A DNA stretch of 64,000 nt from the NCBI GenBank assembly GCA_043228905.1, contig JBHGNT010000016.1, positions 6,076,001 to 6,140,000 on the forward strand. The letters run 5' to 3'. The DNA comes from Azolla caroliniana (lineage: Eukaryota; Plantae; Polypodiophyta). Below, piece by piece: positions 1 through 12,751 of the stretch. A program made the position numbers and the translations under genes. How positions within the stretch are numbered: the stretch's first letter is position 1; the number at the start of each line of letters is the position of its first letter. The notes beneath the pieces are model-generated. The model had not been told where the DNA came from and ran no database searches. It saw only the letters and a program-made list of their open reading frames with translations.

Positions 1-3000
1 ATGATCACCATCTAAGCCAGCAAAACGCTTGTGAACCTTGAAACCCAATTCTGCAGATGCTGACAATTTGCAGTGCCTCTGCTTTTCAGCCTCTGGAATT
101 AAAAGCAAATCTGCCAATCCACAAGTGAAGCCAAACATCTGCCACAAAAAATACAGTTTTATTCAGATAATTATCAAAAATCTGCATGTATGCTAAAGTA
201 AAAGAACCCAGGGAATATAATCAAGTTTGGCTCACCTGCAGAAATGTAGTGAACAACCGACTTAAAACAGATAACAACTGCCCAGCAGCATCAGCTCCAT
301 AGAACTCTTTAACCGCATGAACTAATCCATACTTTCCAAACTGTGCTTTGTCAATGACACCATGCAACAACTCATTCTTTTCGATTCGCAATTTTACTTC
401 ACCATTATTGCGCCCCCAATACTCTCCAGACACTTTACCCGTGTTTTTAACCGTATAGGGTGGCCTCCCAGCTGTTACATGGTTTAATACTGCAGTGATA
501 ACCTGAAATTTGAAGATGCAAAAATAATGATGCAGACATCCAAAAGCATACACACATCATGATTGTGCAAAGGGTGTGTTAGCCACCTGTTTTCCAGTCC
601 AAAGAGGTTTTGGTTTTATGATTGCTGGTGGTAGAGTTTTTATAGCTTTCTCAGTTTTGATAATACCAATCTTTGGTTGACTTTGCCCCATCAGATATGT
701 TGGTGGCATGGAGGAAATGCAGGCTGAATAAACAAGCTCTTGATATTCCTCTTTTGTCAAAAATGTGTCTTTCTTGGTTAACAATGTACCACTGACAATG
801 TGATCCTAGATGAGAAAAGCAAAGTAACAGGGATTAAAAATAAATTATTCTCTGGATTATAATATTCATCATCAAATTTTGCCGTTTACTCTACAGAAAT
901 AGGATTGCTATAAGCGGCCCAAAACAATTATCCAATCATATTTCATCATGATTAAAGATTCGCAAGGAAATGAGAACCATCAAAACAACAATGTACGTAA
1001 ATTTCGTTCGGTTTATTCTTGTTTGTAACTTAGTAATCACTGTTGATTGCAACTTTTGTGGAAGGTGAGAAGCCAAAGAACTTCCTAGAGATAACAGTAA
1101 TAAATTAAATTTACAAAGTATGAGATAGAGTACTAATTTATCAATATTGCCATATTTTAATCTTTTCTAAATGATTTCCTCTTTTTCCAATCAAAGAAAC
1201 TATCAAGACTCAACATCCGATTTGTTCAGGTAGACTAAGCATCACATTTCTAAATTTCTTCAGGTTGGCTTCTAATTTGATCATGCATTCAATGTTGGCG
1301 CAGAGATCACAGACCTCAAAAGTGGTTTTGCACGCATGGGCTAATGCGGAAAGACTCCCTCCCTTGCTGTATGATTCCAGACTCACCTTTCATCTGCTGC
1401 TCTCACATCTGCTCAAACATGATTGTCAGACGCTTTACATAACCAAGAGACATCCTCACAGCCCAGCTTGCCACATTCCTTGTGGGCTCATCTGAGCCCT
1501 TCCCGTGCATTACCCTATGGCACTTATGCAAACCACCACCCCCAAATCAATCCATGTACTTCATTCTACACCCTACGATTATAAGAAGCTGGAGCAAGCT
1601 ATATTTTAGCGACATTTCATCATAGTACTATTCTGGCCATGTAGATATTACTTGGAGTCAGGTGCTGTTTCAGCCTCATCCTCCTTGTATTAAGTACACG
1701 ATCATATATTTGAATGGACGTGAATGCTGCACATCATAGAGTAAGATACTCCTCATCACTGCAGTCTCCGTGAGTCCTCTCCAATCTCCTTCTTTATTTT
1801 AGGATCATGACTGAGTGCAGAGGAGGGTAAGTGTTCATCTCACGTTAAATGGCATTTCCTTGTGGATATTATGAGAAGATGCATTGGGTGTTTTTCTTAA
1901 TTGTCTTGTGCATGTCCCAACATTCTGGGTTTATGCGTGGTACAGCAAATTGATATCCTTGGAATCCTCATGTTTGACACTGATTGCATCAATAAGCATG
2001 GTTTGACATCTGTCGTGAACATATCATCAAGTAGTGTTGGCCACATTCCATCTCTTAAAACCAATAGTGTGTCATTTGTCACGCTAGAAGAGAATTTTCT
2101 TTTAATTTTCTTTTAATTTTCTTTGCAGTTTTGTAAGGGGAAAACACATATTTCAAATTACATCCTTAGATTCGATAAGGACCTACCTGAATCAGACCTC
2201 TTATAGGGTTGCCACTCGTAGGGACCACATATTGTTGGTTTGCATTTACGATATAATATCCCTCAGCTCTTCCAACTTCATCTTGAGGAAAATGGACATT
2301 CATCTCATCACCATCAAAATCTGCATTATACGTACTGCAGCAGTGTAACATGCGAAAATCATAACTTCACTTGTATAACACTGGATATCAAAAATGTAAC
2401 TTTGCTTTTATAACTAACCTGCAGTTTGCATAATGCAGGCGCAAAGTTTTTTCACCTTTCAAAATGCGAGCTATATGCCCCATTAAACTCGGCTTATGGA
2501 GAGTTGGCTGTATGAATTGACAACGCAAAGAACCTTATAAAAACAGCAAGCATATACAAACCTTGATTGGATGTATGCATTGCGAAATAAAAAGCTTCAG
2601 AGATGCAATGAAGTTGCACTAGTTGTTAACAAACCTGACGATTGACCAGCAACGCATCTCCATCACGAAGATGTCGATATACAGTTTTTCCTGCAGCTTT
2701 TATGCTGTTAAGATTACCTCCAAAAGAGCCAGTAGCGTTTCCTCTTGTTGAACTTGGTGTAGAGAGAAGTGTTTTACTTAAGGCAAGTCGTTGTGCTATA
2801 GATAAATTATTTAGACTGACAAGAACTCCAAACTCGTCTTCCACATGAGTAGCTCCAGGATAAACTGAAGATCCATTCAAAACAGCTGCTCTCAATCTAT
2901 CAGCATTCCAATGTGTAACCCTCTGTAGTCCAGATAAAGTACAATACATGAGTATCCAAATACAATTTCATACAAAATGGAAAGTACCCATAGCATAGCC

Positions 3001-6000
3001 AACTTCACCTCTGGATATGTAAGCCGCGTTGCAAAATAAGGTGGAATTCCAATCTCATTTACTGCAATATATGGGTCCGGAGATATAACCGACCGACATG
3101 AATAATTCACTCTCTTTCCCATTAAGTTCATGCGGAAGAGCCCTTCTTTCTTTTCAAGAAGTTGCTTTACACCATTCTGCTCACTCTTCTTTCCAATAAC
3201 TACAGATAACTTTGAAGACTACATTAGACACCATTTTTGTCAACCCATTCAGATTGCACATTTAGTATATGCAAAAGTGAAGCAAGCATACACAATTTAA
3301 GCTGAAATGTTTTTCACAGCGTTTACTCTTAAATACAGCCAATTCTCACTATTAGCCTAGATCAATCATATTTGTCCAAAAAATGAGGAAATATCTCCAC
3401 AAGACATGTCAAAAAGTTTGTGTTGACAGGTTTTTGAAACAAAACATCTCACAGCTTATCAAAACGTTTCTCAAAGAGTTTCATTTGCTAGATAATGCTC
3501 AAAATTTGAGCTTGTAGATTACACCAATCATTATAATTTTGGACCCAGTAGTATGAAATCTGGCAGATATTCATTTGACAATGTGTAACTCATATAAAAA
3601 ACACACATGTAATTAACATGCCTACCAGGAACAAAACAAATGCATGAAACCTAAAATAAGATACACAATAGACATTTATGGTGTCTCACCAGTAGAACTA
3701 TCTATCAGCTTATTTGCACAGTTTTGTAGAGTCAGCCAGAGTGATGTTACTTGTGCAGAATTAACGGCAGCCATTGCGTCGATGTTCTGTTTATTTGAGC
3801 TACCACGGAGCACATTCATAAGATTCATGTTTGCTCGGAGGAGATCCACATAGAGGACATTCATTGGATGCTCCATTATCTGTAGCATAGGAAAAGATTT
3901 CATTTGATTTTGCAAATAAGTCGATGAGAGTTAATGGCATCGACCAGATATCATCTAATAATCCCATTAAGGATATTTTTTGTATGCAAACAGTCATAGT
4001 TATAGTGTAAAGACCTTTAATTTCAATCTTTTAACTACCAAATAGATTTGACCATGGTACAAGAATGAGGTGCTTTTTAATAGAAACATCAATTAATGAA
4101 GCCTAACTAAACATCATTGGCCATCTTTGCTTATGGAGTATAACTAATGAAGCCTAACAGTCATAGCACCAGTTTATAGAAGTCTAGATTGTGCTTTCAC
4201 GCCCATCTCCTTGAGAGGAGACGAATTATGGATATAGTTTATTTGTTAAGTTAGAGACGAAATATACACATTATCTTAACTTCTTCCCTATATTCAATTA
4301 TTCTAAATTTTTTAATCATTATTTAATGAACCTTAATATGGATTAGAACCTACATAAACTTAACTTCATACTCCCCATGTCTTCAAAGAATATCCATACG
4401 CTTTCCCTAAATAATTAGTAATATTAAATCATTCTTCACTTTCAAAAATAATAGCATAGATTCCATCCAGTATCCACAGAACTCTTCGTGTGATACATCC
4501 AAAACAATAGTATAAAAATAAGGCAAGAATAACTTCAAGAAAAAGGGATACTTACTGTCCCATTAAGCATGTTGGGAGGTCTGAATCTGTTAGGTGGAAC
4601 AAGCAAAGCTTCAAGGAAGAAATCAGATGATCCCTTTAACTTCTTATCCCATCCTCTGCTATAATAATTTTGAGCATCCCATATGAGGGAGCAAATGCGA
4701 CTCTCATTTCCCCACAAACGATTTATGTGTGCTTTCACCTGAGGATGCATAATGAAGAGATAAATAACTTCACATGATTCACATACTCAAGTTATCAAAG
4801 AACCTAGAATATATCTAATAAAAATGAAAAAACATAAAATGGATCTTATATTCTTCTTTTATTTCAAGCTAAATAATGTGCGAGTTTTCCTACTTGCATC
4901 TTCTGCCTATCATTGACCCTCTTTGATTACCACTATCCATGATTCACATACTCACGTTATCAAAGAACCTAGAATATATCTAATAAAAATGAAAAAACAT
5001 AAAATGGATCTTATATTCTTCTTTTATTTCAAGCTAAATATTGTGTGAGTTTCCCTACTTGCATCTTCTGCCTATCATTGACCCTCTTTGATTACCATTA
5101 TCTCTATCAATTCTTTCTGTTCTGCTACTACTGATTGATGTCTATTTTTTCCTTCTCCAAACTAATTTTTTCTATAAACAAGAACCGCAGTAGAATGTTC
5201 ACAGAAAAAAAAAAAAATAGATATTTCCAGTTACATTATTCGTAAGAAACTTGCATATCCATGAAAACAATGAGTATGATCACTAAATCAAAACTTGCTG
5301 TAAATATAGAGAAACGCGGTGTTGTGTGGAAAGTCATTGACAAAACACGATGATCAGAAGCTGGAGTATGATGATGTAGATGCGTCATCATAGAAAAATG
5401 AAGTCCTCATCTCTGACTTCATCCCATTCTCTGCATATGTTCGCTGGTCTAAATGCACTTGTGCAAATCCTTCAATTATCATTCCTTTCTTCCACCTTTG
5501 TTGATTGTCCCAACAAGTTTGTGTACAAATCCTTCAATTATCTTTCCTTTCTTTTCGCCTGAATCTTCTAGAGACTGTTGTGGGCATCAAAGCTATGTGT
5601 CCTGCAACCATTAGCAGTGCATCCTAAGACTTTTCATTTTACTCAATTGTGACAATCCTTCGAGCTTGACAAAATTTGGTGAGGGCTACCTCCTGATGAA
5701 ATAGAGTGGAGAAAGTATGCTTCTTTCCTTCCCTTTCAGGAATAAGTAAAATTCTCCTCAGTAAAAAGACGAATACATTTGAGAGGTCCATAAATCCTAC
5801 AATAAAAAAGGCATCAAATTGCTAGATAAAGGATAATACGCTAGTCATATCCTATGTTCATTAAGTGTTTGAAATGCGACCTCCGTCTGTAAAATCTATT
5901 TCTTGCTTATATTAAAATCAATTTCTGAAATCATATTGACCAAACTACGATCACAAGCTCACCTTCTTAAGAAAACCAATGATAATTTGGAAATGGAGCT

Positions 6001-9000
6001 ACTGACAACAGCCTGATTAACTTACTGAAAAATCATTACCTTTCACACTATTGTCAGTTATCAAACTTCCAGCAAAGGACTAACAGTTGACACAACACAG
6101 CTCCAAGTTTAAAAGCTTATCAATCCCCAAATATTTCCTCATATAACTTGAAGAGAACATAAGGAATAAAAAACAATTGAAACCTTATCCAGAGTGACCA
6201 CTGAAACTCCTAGAAGTGCTCATCCTTTGGTCAAACTACCCTTTTGCAATCTCTCGCATAAGAATCCATGTACTCTATAGGATCTTGCCCAGTTGTACAG
6301 CTAAGTTATAATCTGCTAACGCATTGTGTTGCACAAATGACCATGAGCTCAGTTTTATTAAAGTTTAAATCTACAGAGAGTGTAAGTGCACTGGTTATCA
6401 TATTCTGAACAAGTTGAAACAACTGATTTCTCAAGTGTTGTCATAAGCTCGAAGAAAATAGGTGGGGATACAACAAATCCTGCTTCCCAGTCCCATGTGG
6501 ATGTGACCACATCTGTGATGGGTCGTTGCCGTGAGAAAATATGTATGATCTAATGTACAAAATCTCCCCTGAAATGAATGTTTTGAAGAATCTGATAGGA
6601 AAATGAGTGTAATCCAGTGTATAATTCTGATGACCTCGTTATCTGCCCATACACACACAACTCATGCTTAAGTACTGAGGCATAATTATTCTTCTGTAGC
6701 TTGCCCACCCTATGATCGATCATGATGGTGGGTGGTCCATTGACATAGCAGCACCTCAAACTTGGAATGAGTATAATGAAGTTGATGCACCAAAACTCAA
6801 GGCTCCCTCACAAATGGCTCTATTAACACGAAATATTACTGCTCTACAATCAAATCTCAATCGTGTATGAAGTGCTCTGATACTAGCCCATCATGTTGTT
6901 GTGCCTTCCCTGATGTAATATATTTGTATTGCAGAGCAGTTCAAATGTTTTTCTCAAAACCGAATTTCCCACTTTATTTTCTTGCTAGAATAATTTGTAG
7001 TTTCAGTTTCAGTTCACAAAGCTTTGTATGATGAGATATCGTACGATGAGGTCAGTTTGGCCTCTTTAATGCTCTTTTGAAACGTCGATATAATTTTCCC
7101 TTCCTCCCTCCAATTCATTGTTATTCATACAATACACCCCAGGGAGATAAGGACATAAAGCACATTAATATATCGAGAATTAGTTCAATAATGCCTCAGG
7201 GATCATTTTGGCCTCTTTAGGGCTCTTGAAGACGTTAATATAATTTCCCCTCCCTCGAATTCATTGTTATGATACAATGCACTCCAGGGAGATCAGGATA
7301 TAAAGCACATTAATATACCAAGAATAAGCTCAATCATAGACAGCCTGCATGGGAACATTTATTATTGATTGACATATTTCTCGCATAGACAAAGGGGACA
7401 TGCGTAAGATCAATATAGCATGCACTTGTTATGATGAAGGAAATGGGATATGAGATGCACCGAAGGAAATGGAACAAAGACAAGACTACAGAAGATAGAA
7501 AATGTCCTGAGCCTTTTGACTGTCGGTGATTGTTTTTCCACTGTTTAGCAAATATACTAAACTTATCAGCAAGCCTTGTTTCTGGGGATACTTCTATTTT
7601 TTATTATGAGCATCCTGTTCTCTAGAAGAAAAAAGTTCGAGAATCTAACCAAGTTGAAACCTTTAAACTTGCATTGGAGTCATAAGAGACGTTAAAAGTT
7701 GTCTTAAATCCTAGAAAAATCACAAAAAGAAATCTTCAAGCTTGATAGTATTCATGTACCTCAAATGTTGTGAGATATCTAAGCTTACTACACAAGTCTG
7801 AATCAGCTGCTTCCACACCTTTTGAACTTTTATTCTGGCCTTTACTATCTTTAGCAGCTGAAGGAGAGTCGTTTGTTGATGGTAAAGAATCACCAGAATC
7901 AAGGTTTTTCTGATTAATGCATACATCGTTCATAAGTGACGCCAGATTAAGCCTATAACCATTCATTACATTTGTAGTCAACTTGTTTTTTTGCAGTGGT
8001 ATCTGGATTAAAAAAAAGGGATTCAAATGAAAAAAATAGAACATGCAAAAACTACTATGGAATAAAAAACAAATCAATAGGAACCTGAAAAATTTTCCCA
8101 ACACCTTCACTCCGGAGGGCTGGAACATTAGCCTTACAGTTCTCACATTTGGTTTTAGGCATGTCATCCATAAATCTTTTCAACAAACCTTTGATTGCAT
8201 CCAGTGTTCCACCGGTCAAAATCTGTGTTGCAGGGTTTACATTCTCAAACACTGTGTCTAAATTCCTCAAGTTAGTATCAGTATTGGCCTCCTCGTCAGT
8301 ACCCAAGTTAATAGCAACAGTATCAATCTCTTGACCTTTGTAAAGAAGCTCTAGCAAATCAGCATACCCTTGAACCTGGTATCCAATAATCCAGCATATA
8401 AATAATTGAAACCACATGATCCATCATGAGCAAAATGGGAATAAAAAAGCCATGATCATCAAACGAAAAATTTATATACAGTTAGCTATCATAGTAGCTG
8501 ACCTTATCTGCTTTCATTTTGAAATGATGGCAGAAGAGGCAAACATGTTTCAGAAGCTTAATAAGAGGCGTAAAGACTAAAGGATTATAGACTGGCAATG
8601 CGAGATCAATATGACCAAAATGTCCCGGACATTGGAGAGCTCCCTCACCACAGGTGAAACAACTGCATAGATAGAGAAATATTCACAGTTTTATCAATGA
8701 CTATCACAAATGGACACTGTAAGTACAGAAGCAAAATATTACTGGATTGCAAAGATCCTATCTACGGTCAGTTCTGGGAATCAGCATCAATTATTTACTT
8801 ATTAATAGAAAGATTAAATCGGTATCATGAAAGGGAAATTCTACAAAATACCAATGCAGGATAAATAAATGACTGTTACTCCCGTGTTCAATGAAATAAT
8901 CCATCAAAAATTATCGGTGAAATATTTGAAGTTGTTCAGTTAATCCATGACAAGTGATCAAAAATAATCAATCAAAACTCGTGTTTCAAATCATCTATGA

Positions 9001-9699
9001 CAAATAATCATATGCTTCCCATCCATTTTGAAAATCAATTGCAAACAACAATAGAGAAAAACAAAATTGCCGTACAGCAATGGTAATGACAACTAATCAT
9101 AAATATGATTCTCAGACATTATTAATGAGAACTTACAAACAATAACATTAGGTATATTTCAAAACAACCCAAAATTTACACACAAGAATGACAACAATAA
9201 TCCATCAAAACTAGTGATATCATGACGATTAATCATAAGCTATTATTGTTGATCGCTTTAAAGCAACACTTCACAAAACCCAAAAAAGAAAATTAAGTCA
9301 GAACAAAAATCAACCAAAACTTGAAATGATGTTACTAACCTTCCCGTTTGCTCCAAAGGACCTAATGAAGGGTCATATAAGCCACCAGGAACAGGTCTGT
9401 TGAGCGTATCTAGAAGGATAGGTGCTGTTATATGCTTCACGCTTATGGCATGAACCTCTTCATCAGTGTAAAAGCTGAAGCCTACAGCTTCAATGAGTTT
9501 ACTGACAACCTGACATGTAAGAAGCGGAAGAAGAAAAACAAACAAACTCTCACTTTTTTTTGGGGGGGGGGGTCTCCTTGTTTTTTCTCGTCCTCTTTTG
9601 ACTTAAAAGACGCAAAAAAACTCTCTCTCTTTCTTCCTCTCTTGTTCTTTTTAAAGAATTATGCTATCATCAATACATCGGATATACAGAGAGCGTAAT

Positions 9700-9742
<43 letters not shown>

Positions 9743-9782
9743 AGAGTTGCGAGAGAATCGAATAATATGAGAAACATACCAT
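1..9782 (-). CDS. NRPA1: DNA-directed RNA polymerase I largest subunit, 5' portion (continues beyond window start). Exons: 9780-9782 (ATG only), 9340-9509, 8503-8662, 8085-8375, 7760-8002, 4556-4738, 3690-3879, 3009-3199, 2635-2922, 2419-2507, 2187-2334, 587-805, 236-502, <1-138
   Basis: The spliced translation is phase-consistent across all GT-AG junctions. It contains [10 protein letters not shown], the Zn clamp CFTC...[44 protein letters not shown] and the catalytic [34 protein letters not shown] and PPNRFRP are typical of the Pol I subunit. Confidence 0.95.
4773..5102. repeat. 165-bp near-perfect tandem duplication in NRPA1 intron
   Basis: catgattcacatactc...gattacca(c/t)tatc occurs at 4773-4937 and again at 4938-5102 with only a few substitutions. 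Confidence 0.9.
7050..7335. repeat. Diverged ~150-bp tandem duplication in NRPA1 intron
   Basis: Two copies of ttggcctcttta...aattcattgttat...agggagat..ggayataaagcacattaatat, at about 7055 and about 7205. Confidence 0.75.
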
Positions 9783-9853
9783 GGCCACCGCTCTGATTCA
9801 CGCAGCGGAGCTACACCGAAAGGAACTCTGGTTCTTACCCTGCGCTATGGCAG

Positions 9854-9907
<54 letters not shown>

Positions 9908-9950
9908 AAGCAGTACCGAAGAAGAAGAAGAAGAAGAAGAAGAAGAAGAA
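9703..9950. repeat. (GA)n and (GAA)n microsatellites in first intron and 5' region of NRPA1 (possible GAGA/BPC sites)
   Basis: Long (GA)n runs at 9703-9741 and 9859-9905, and (GAA)n at 9918-9950. A regulatory role is inference. Confidence 0.8.
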
Positions 9951-10552
9951 ACTTCTCTAAAACCTCTCTGTGTGGCCTTCTCTGTGTGTCTGTGTAAGGA
10001 AGGGCAAAATCTGTCAGTTTCTGTTAATTCAGTTGACTGCCCCTCCATGTTTTAAGAAATCTCCAAAACCCCTACCCCCCCCCCATGGTCATACTCTTTC
10101 TCTTTTTATTTACCATTCTTATTTACCAGGAGTCTCTACTAGATATAGGGGGGAAGGGGGGGGGGGGGGGGGGGGGGGGGGGGTTGAACACCCGACCTTC
10201 TTCTCTTTCTCTCTCAAAACTGTTACATACAATGGGTGTCACGATGGAGTATGGTATACAACAACAAAAAAAGGCACGGCATTTCTTCTTTTTTTACTGG
10301 GTGCAAGTGGAAATTCTTTCCTCGGTGGAGTCCGTCGTCCGCGTCTTGCCTATTAGCAATTCGAGATGTCCCACCACATGTTTAGTTCTCTCTCTTCTTC
10401 TTCTTTTTATCGTAATTTGCTTACGCTGCTGGTAATTTGTTACACTACTAGCGTTATGTCTTGGGTTTGAAACCCGAATTTCTCACCTCTATATCACTCC
10501 ATAAATATCTCTTAATTTACTAGATGCCACTATGGAATGTAGATATCTCGTG

Positions 10553-10617
<65 letters not shown>

Positions 10618-12296
10618 TAATGGGTCATATTATCGTCTTCGAAGGTCTAATAGGTCATATTTGACCTCCGAAGACGATAATATAATTTCTCTCTCTCTCT
10701 CGTAAATAATGGCTTTCATTACGAAACAAAATGCACCACCATGACTAACTTACTACAAAGTATAGAACCCTTCTATCTAGGGATCTAAAGAATACTACGA
10801 CACCAAACTCAATGCCACCCTACACGCCATTCAAATGGCGAGTATGATGATATGTAACCTTGTAGAGTTCTCTCTCTTCCTAGTTGAGATTTCGTGACTT
10901 CTCTAGCACTGTCAATTGCCACAAAATAAGTCCTTTTAATTTTAGAACATATTTTCTCACCCCAACTTACGAATAAAAAATGAAGGCATTCCGCATATTC
11001 CAATTGAACCATAGCCCCCAATACCTCAAGAACTTAAAAATAATTTGAAAATGAGGCAACGGTTCATTGTTCTCCATATGTGCAAAAACCCAACTAAAGG
11101 AAGATAGACTTACTCCTGTTAGAGACATCCACACTAAACTGATACACCTCCAAACCATCCTTGCCATCAGGCATGAAATAAATCGATGCCTACTATGTTC
11201 CAATTCCACTTAACAAAAGAAACACAATCCTTTAGTAATGTTTCTTTTTTTTAATGCACCCCCTAATGGTAAAGCTCCAACCATAACTCTCCAAATAAAA
11301 ATACCTTGGCTTGTAGCATCAATCGAGAACACCAACCTGCCTTGTTCACATGAAACCACCCAGTAATGGGCTTATGAAAACCCCATATCTTTATAACCCT
11401 TTCTTCCAACCACTTATGTTTGTCAATCAACTTGTGATAAGCAACATTCGTTGAGATCATAGTCAATCTCTTATTTCCAACAAACCTCCAATCAAGGTAT
11501 TGAGATCACCCATCTAAATCAAGATTTGGCTCATGCGAAGATAGTATTTGTTGCAACTTATCCCAAACAACGTTATAACTTTTTGGAATACGAAATGTTG
11601 ATCTTATGTTCGAAAAGCCATTAATCTTCTTTGTAAACCAACATAACATCCTTAACTATTACCAAACCCAATCTAGCCATCTGATTAATTTGAAGGTTAA
11701 GAATTTGTTTACCTTCCCATCTCAACAACCTTGATGTTGCCAAAACCTCTGTTCGTAATGAATTGGCACATCCCCTTTCTTGTGGGGGATGCCATTCCAC
11801 AAAATCCAACATACTTTGCCAATATGTCAACAAATGATTAACTATCATAAACCCTGTACATTTGACATCCATGTTAGAATTAATTACATTCCACCAATTC
11901 GCTTCAACCTTCATGTTTCCAAGATTTATTCCGTTATTCTCTATAAAGTATGCTACCATTTCTGTCCAAGGTTGTACACCTTCAAACATTAATTGAATGA
12001 AAGTAAATTGACGAGCCACCATATGCTCATATAGATTCAATATTGATGCCCCACCAAGACGTTTCAGAGTACAAACATGATTCCATGCCAACCATGACAA
12101 GGCACTTTTCCCTTTTCTTTCCATAACAACATTTGCTTTGAGCATGACAACATTTAAAGAGCTTTCTTTGACCATGGGATCAAAGGAAGATAATAAGATA
12201 CCATAATCGATTGGACCACCTTAAGTCGTACATGAAAAGGCCAAAAACTAAGACCTCCAATACATAAACTTATCCTCCAACCTTTTGGATACCCAT

Positions 12297-12751
12297 TGTT
12301 AGGAATAATACTAAAATAGAGAGAGAATTAGTACTAAAGAAGGGAAGTACTATTAGTACTAAGAGGACGGGACTGCATAAGACTCCCAAGAGAGAGAAAA
12401 GAGAAGAGGAGAGAGAAAGAGAGAAAGAGAGATACTGAGGACGAGAGAGAGAGATGATGATAACAGATGATATATTATAGGAAGAGTAAGTACAAGATGG
12501 CTATGAGGCTTAAGACTGGCGTTGAACCAATTTGGTTCAACATAATACCTAGTGCCTTTTTTTTATAATGTTCTCAGGAGTAATCGTGAAGCTTCTAGAA
12601 TGTTCCAGAGAAATATGGAATATACATTAATCTCCTATAATAAAACTTAAATGAAAATAATATCTTACGTATTACAATAGATGGTATAATGGTCAACAGC
12701 TCGACCCATATAACATAAGGTCATGGTTTCGAATCTTGCCATATCATGACA
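12297..12751 (-). repeat. 3' LTR (455 bp) of the minus-strand Gypsy element
   Basis: On the minus strand it starts TGTCATGAT right after the PPT and ends CCTAACA where LINE sequence resumes. TATAAAA starts at 12567 (minus). Confidence 0.85.

Noticed and set aside
9845-10435. Short ORFs with poly-S, poly-G or SL/RE repeats (also 49609-50029)
   Set aside because: Translations of microsatellites and homopolymers.
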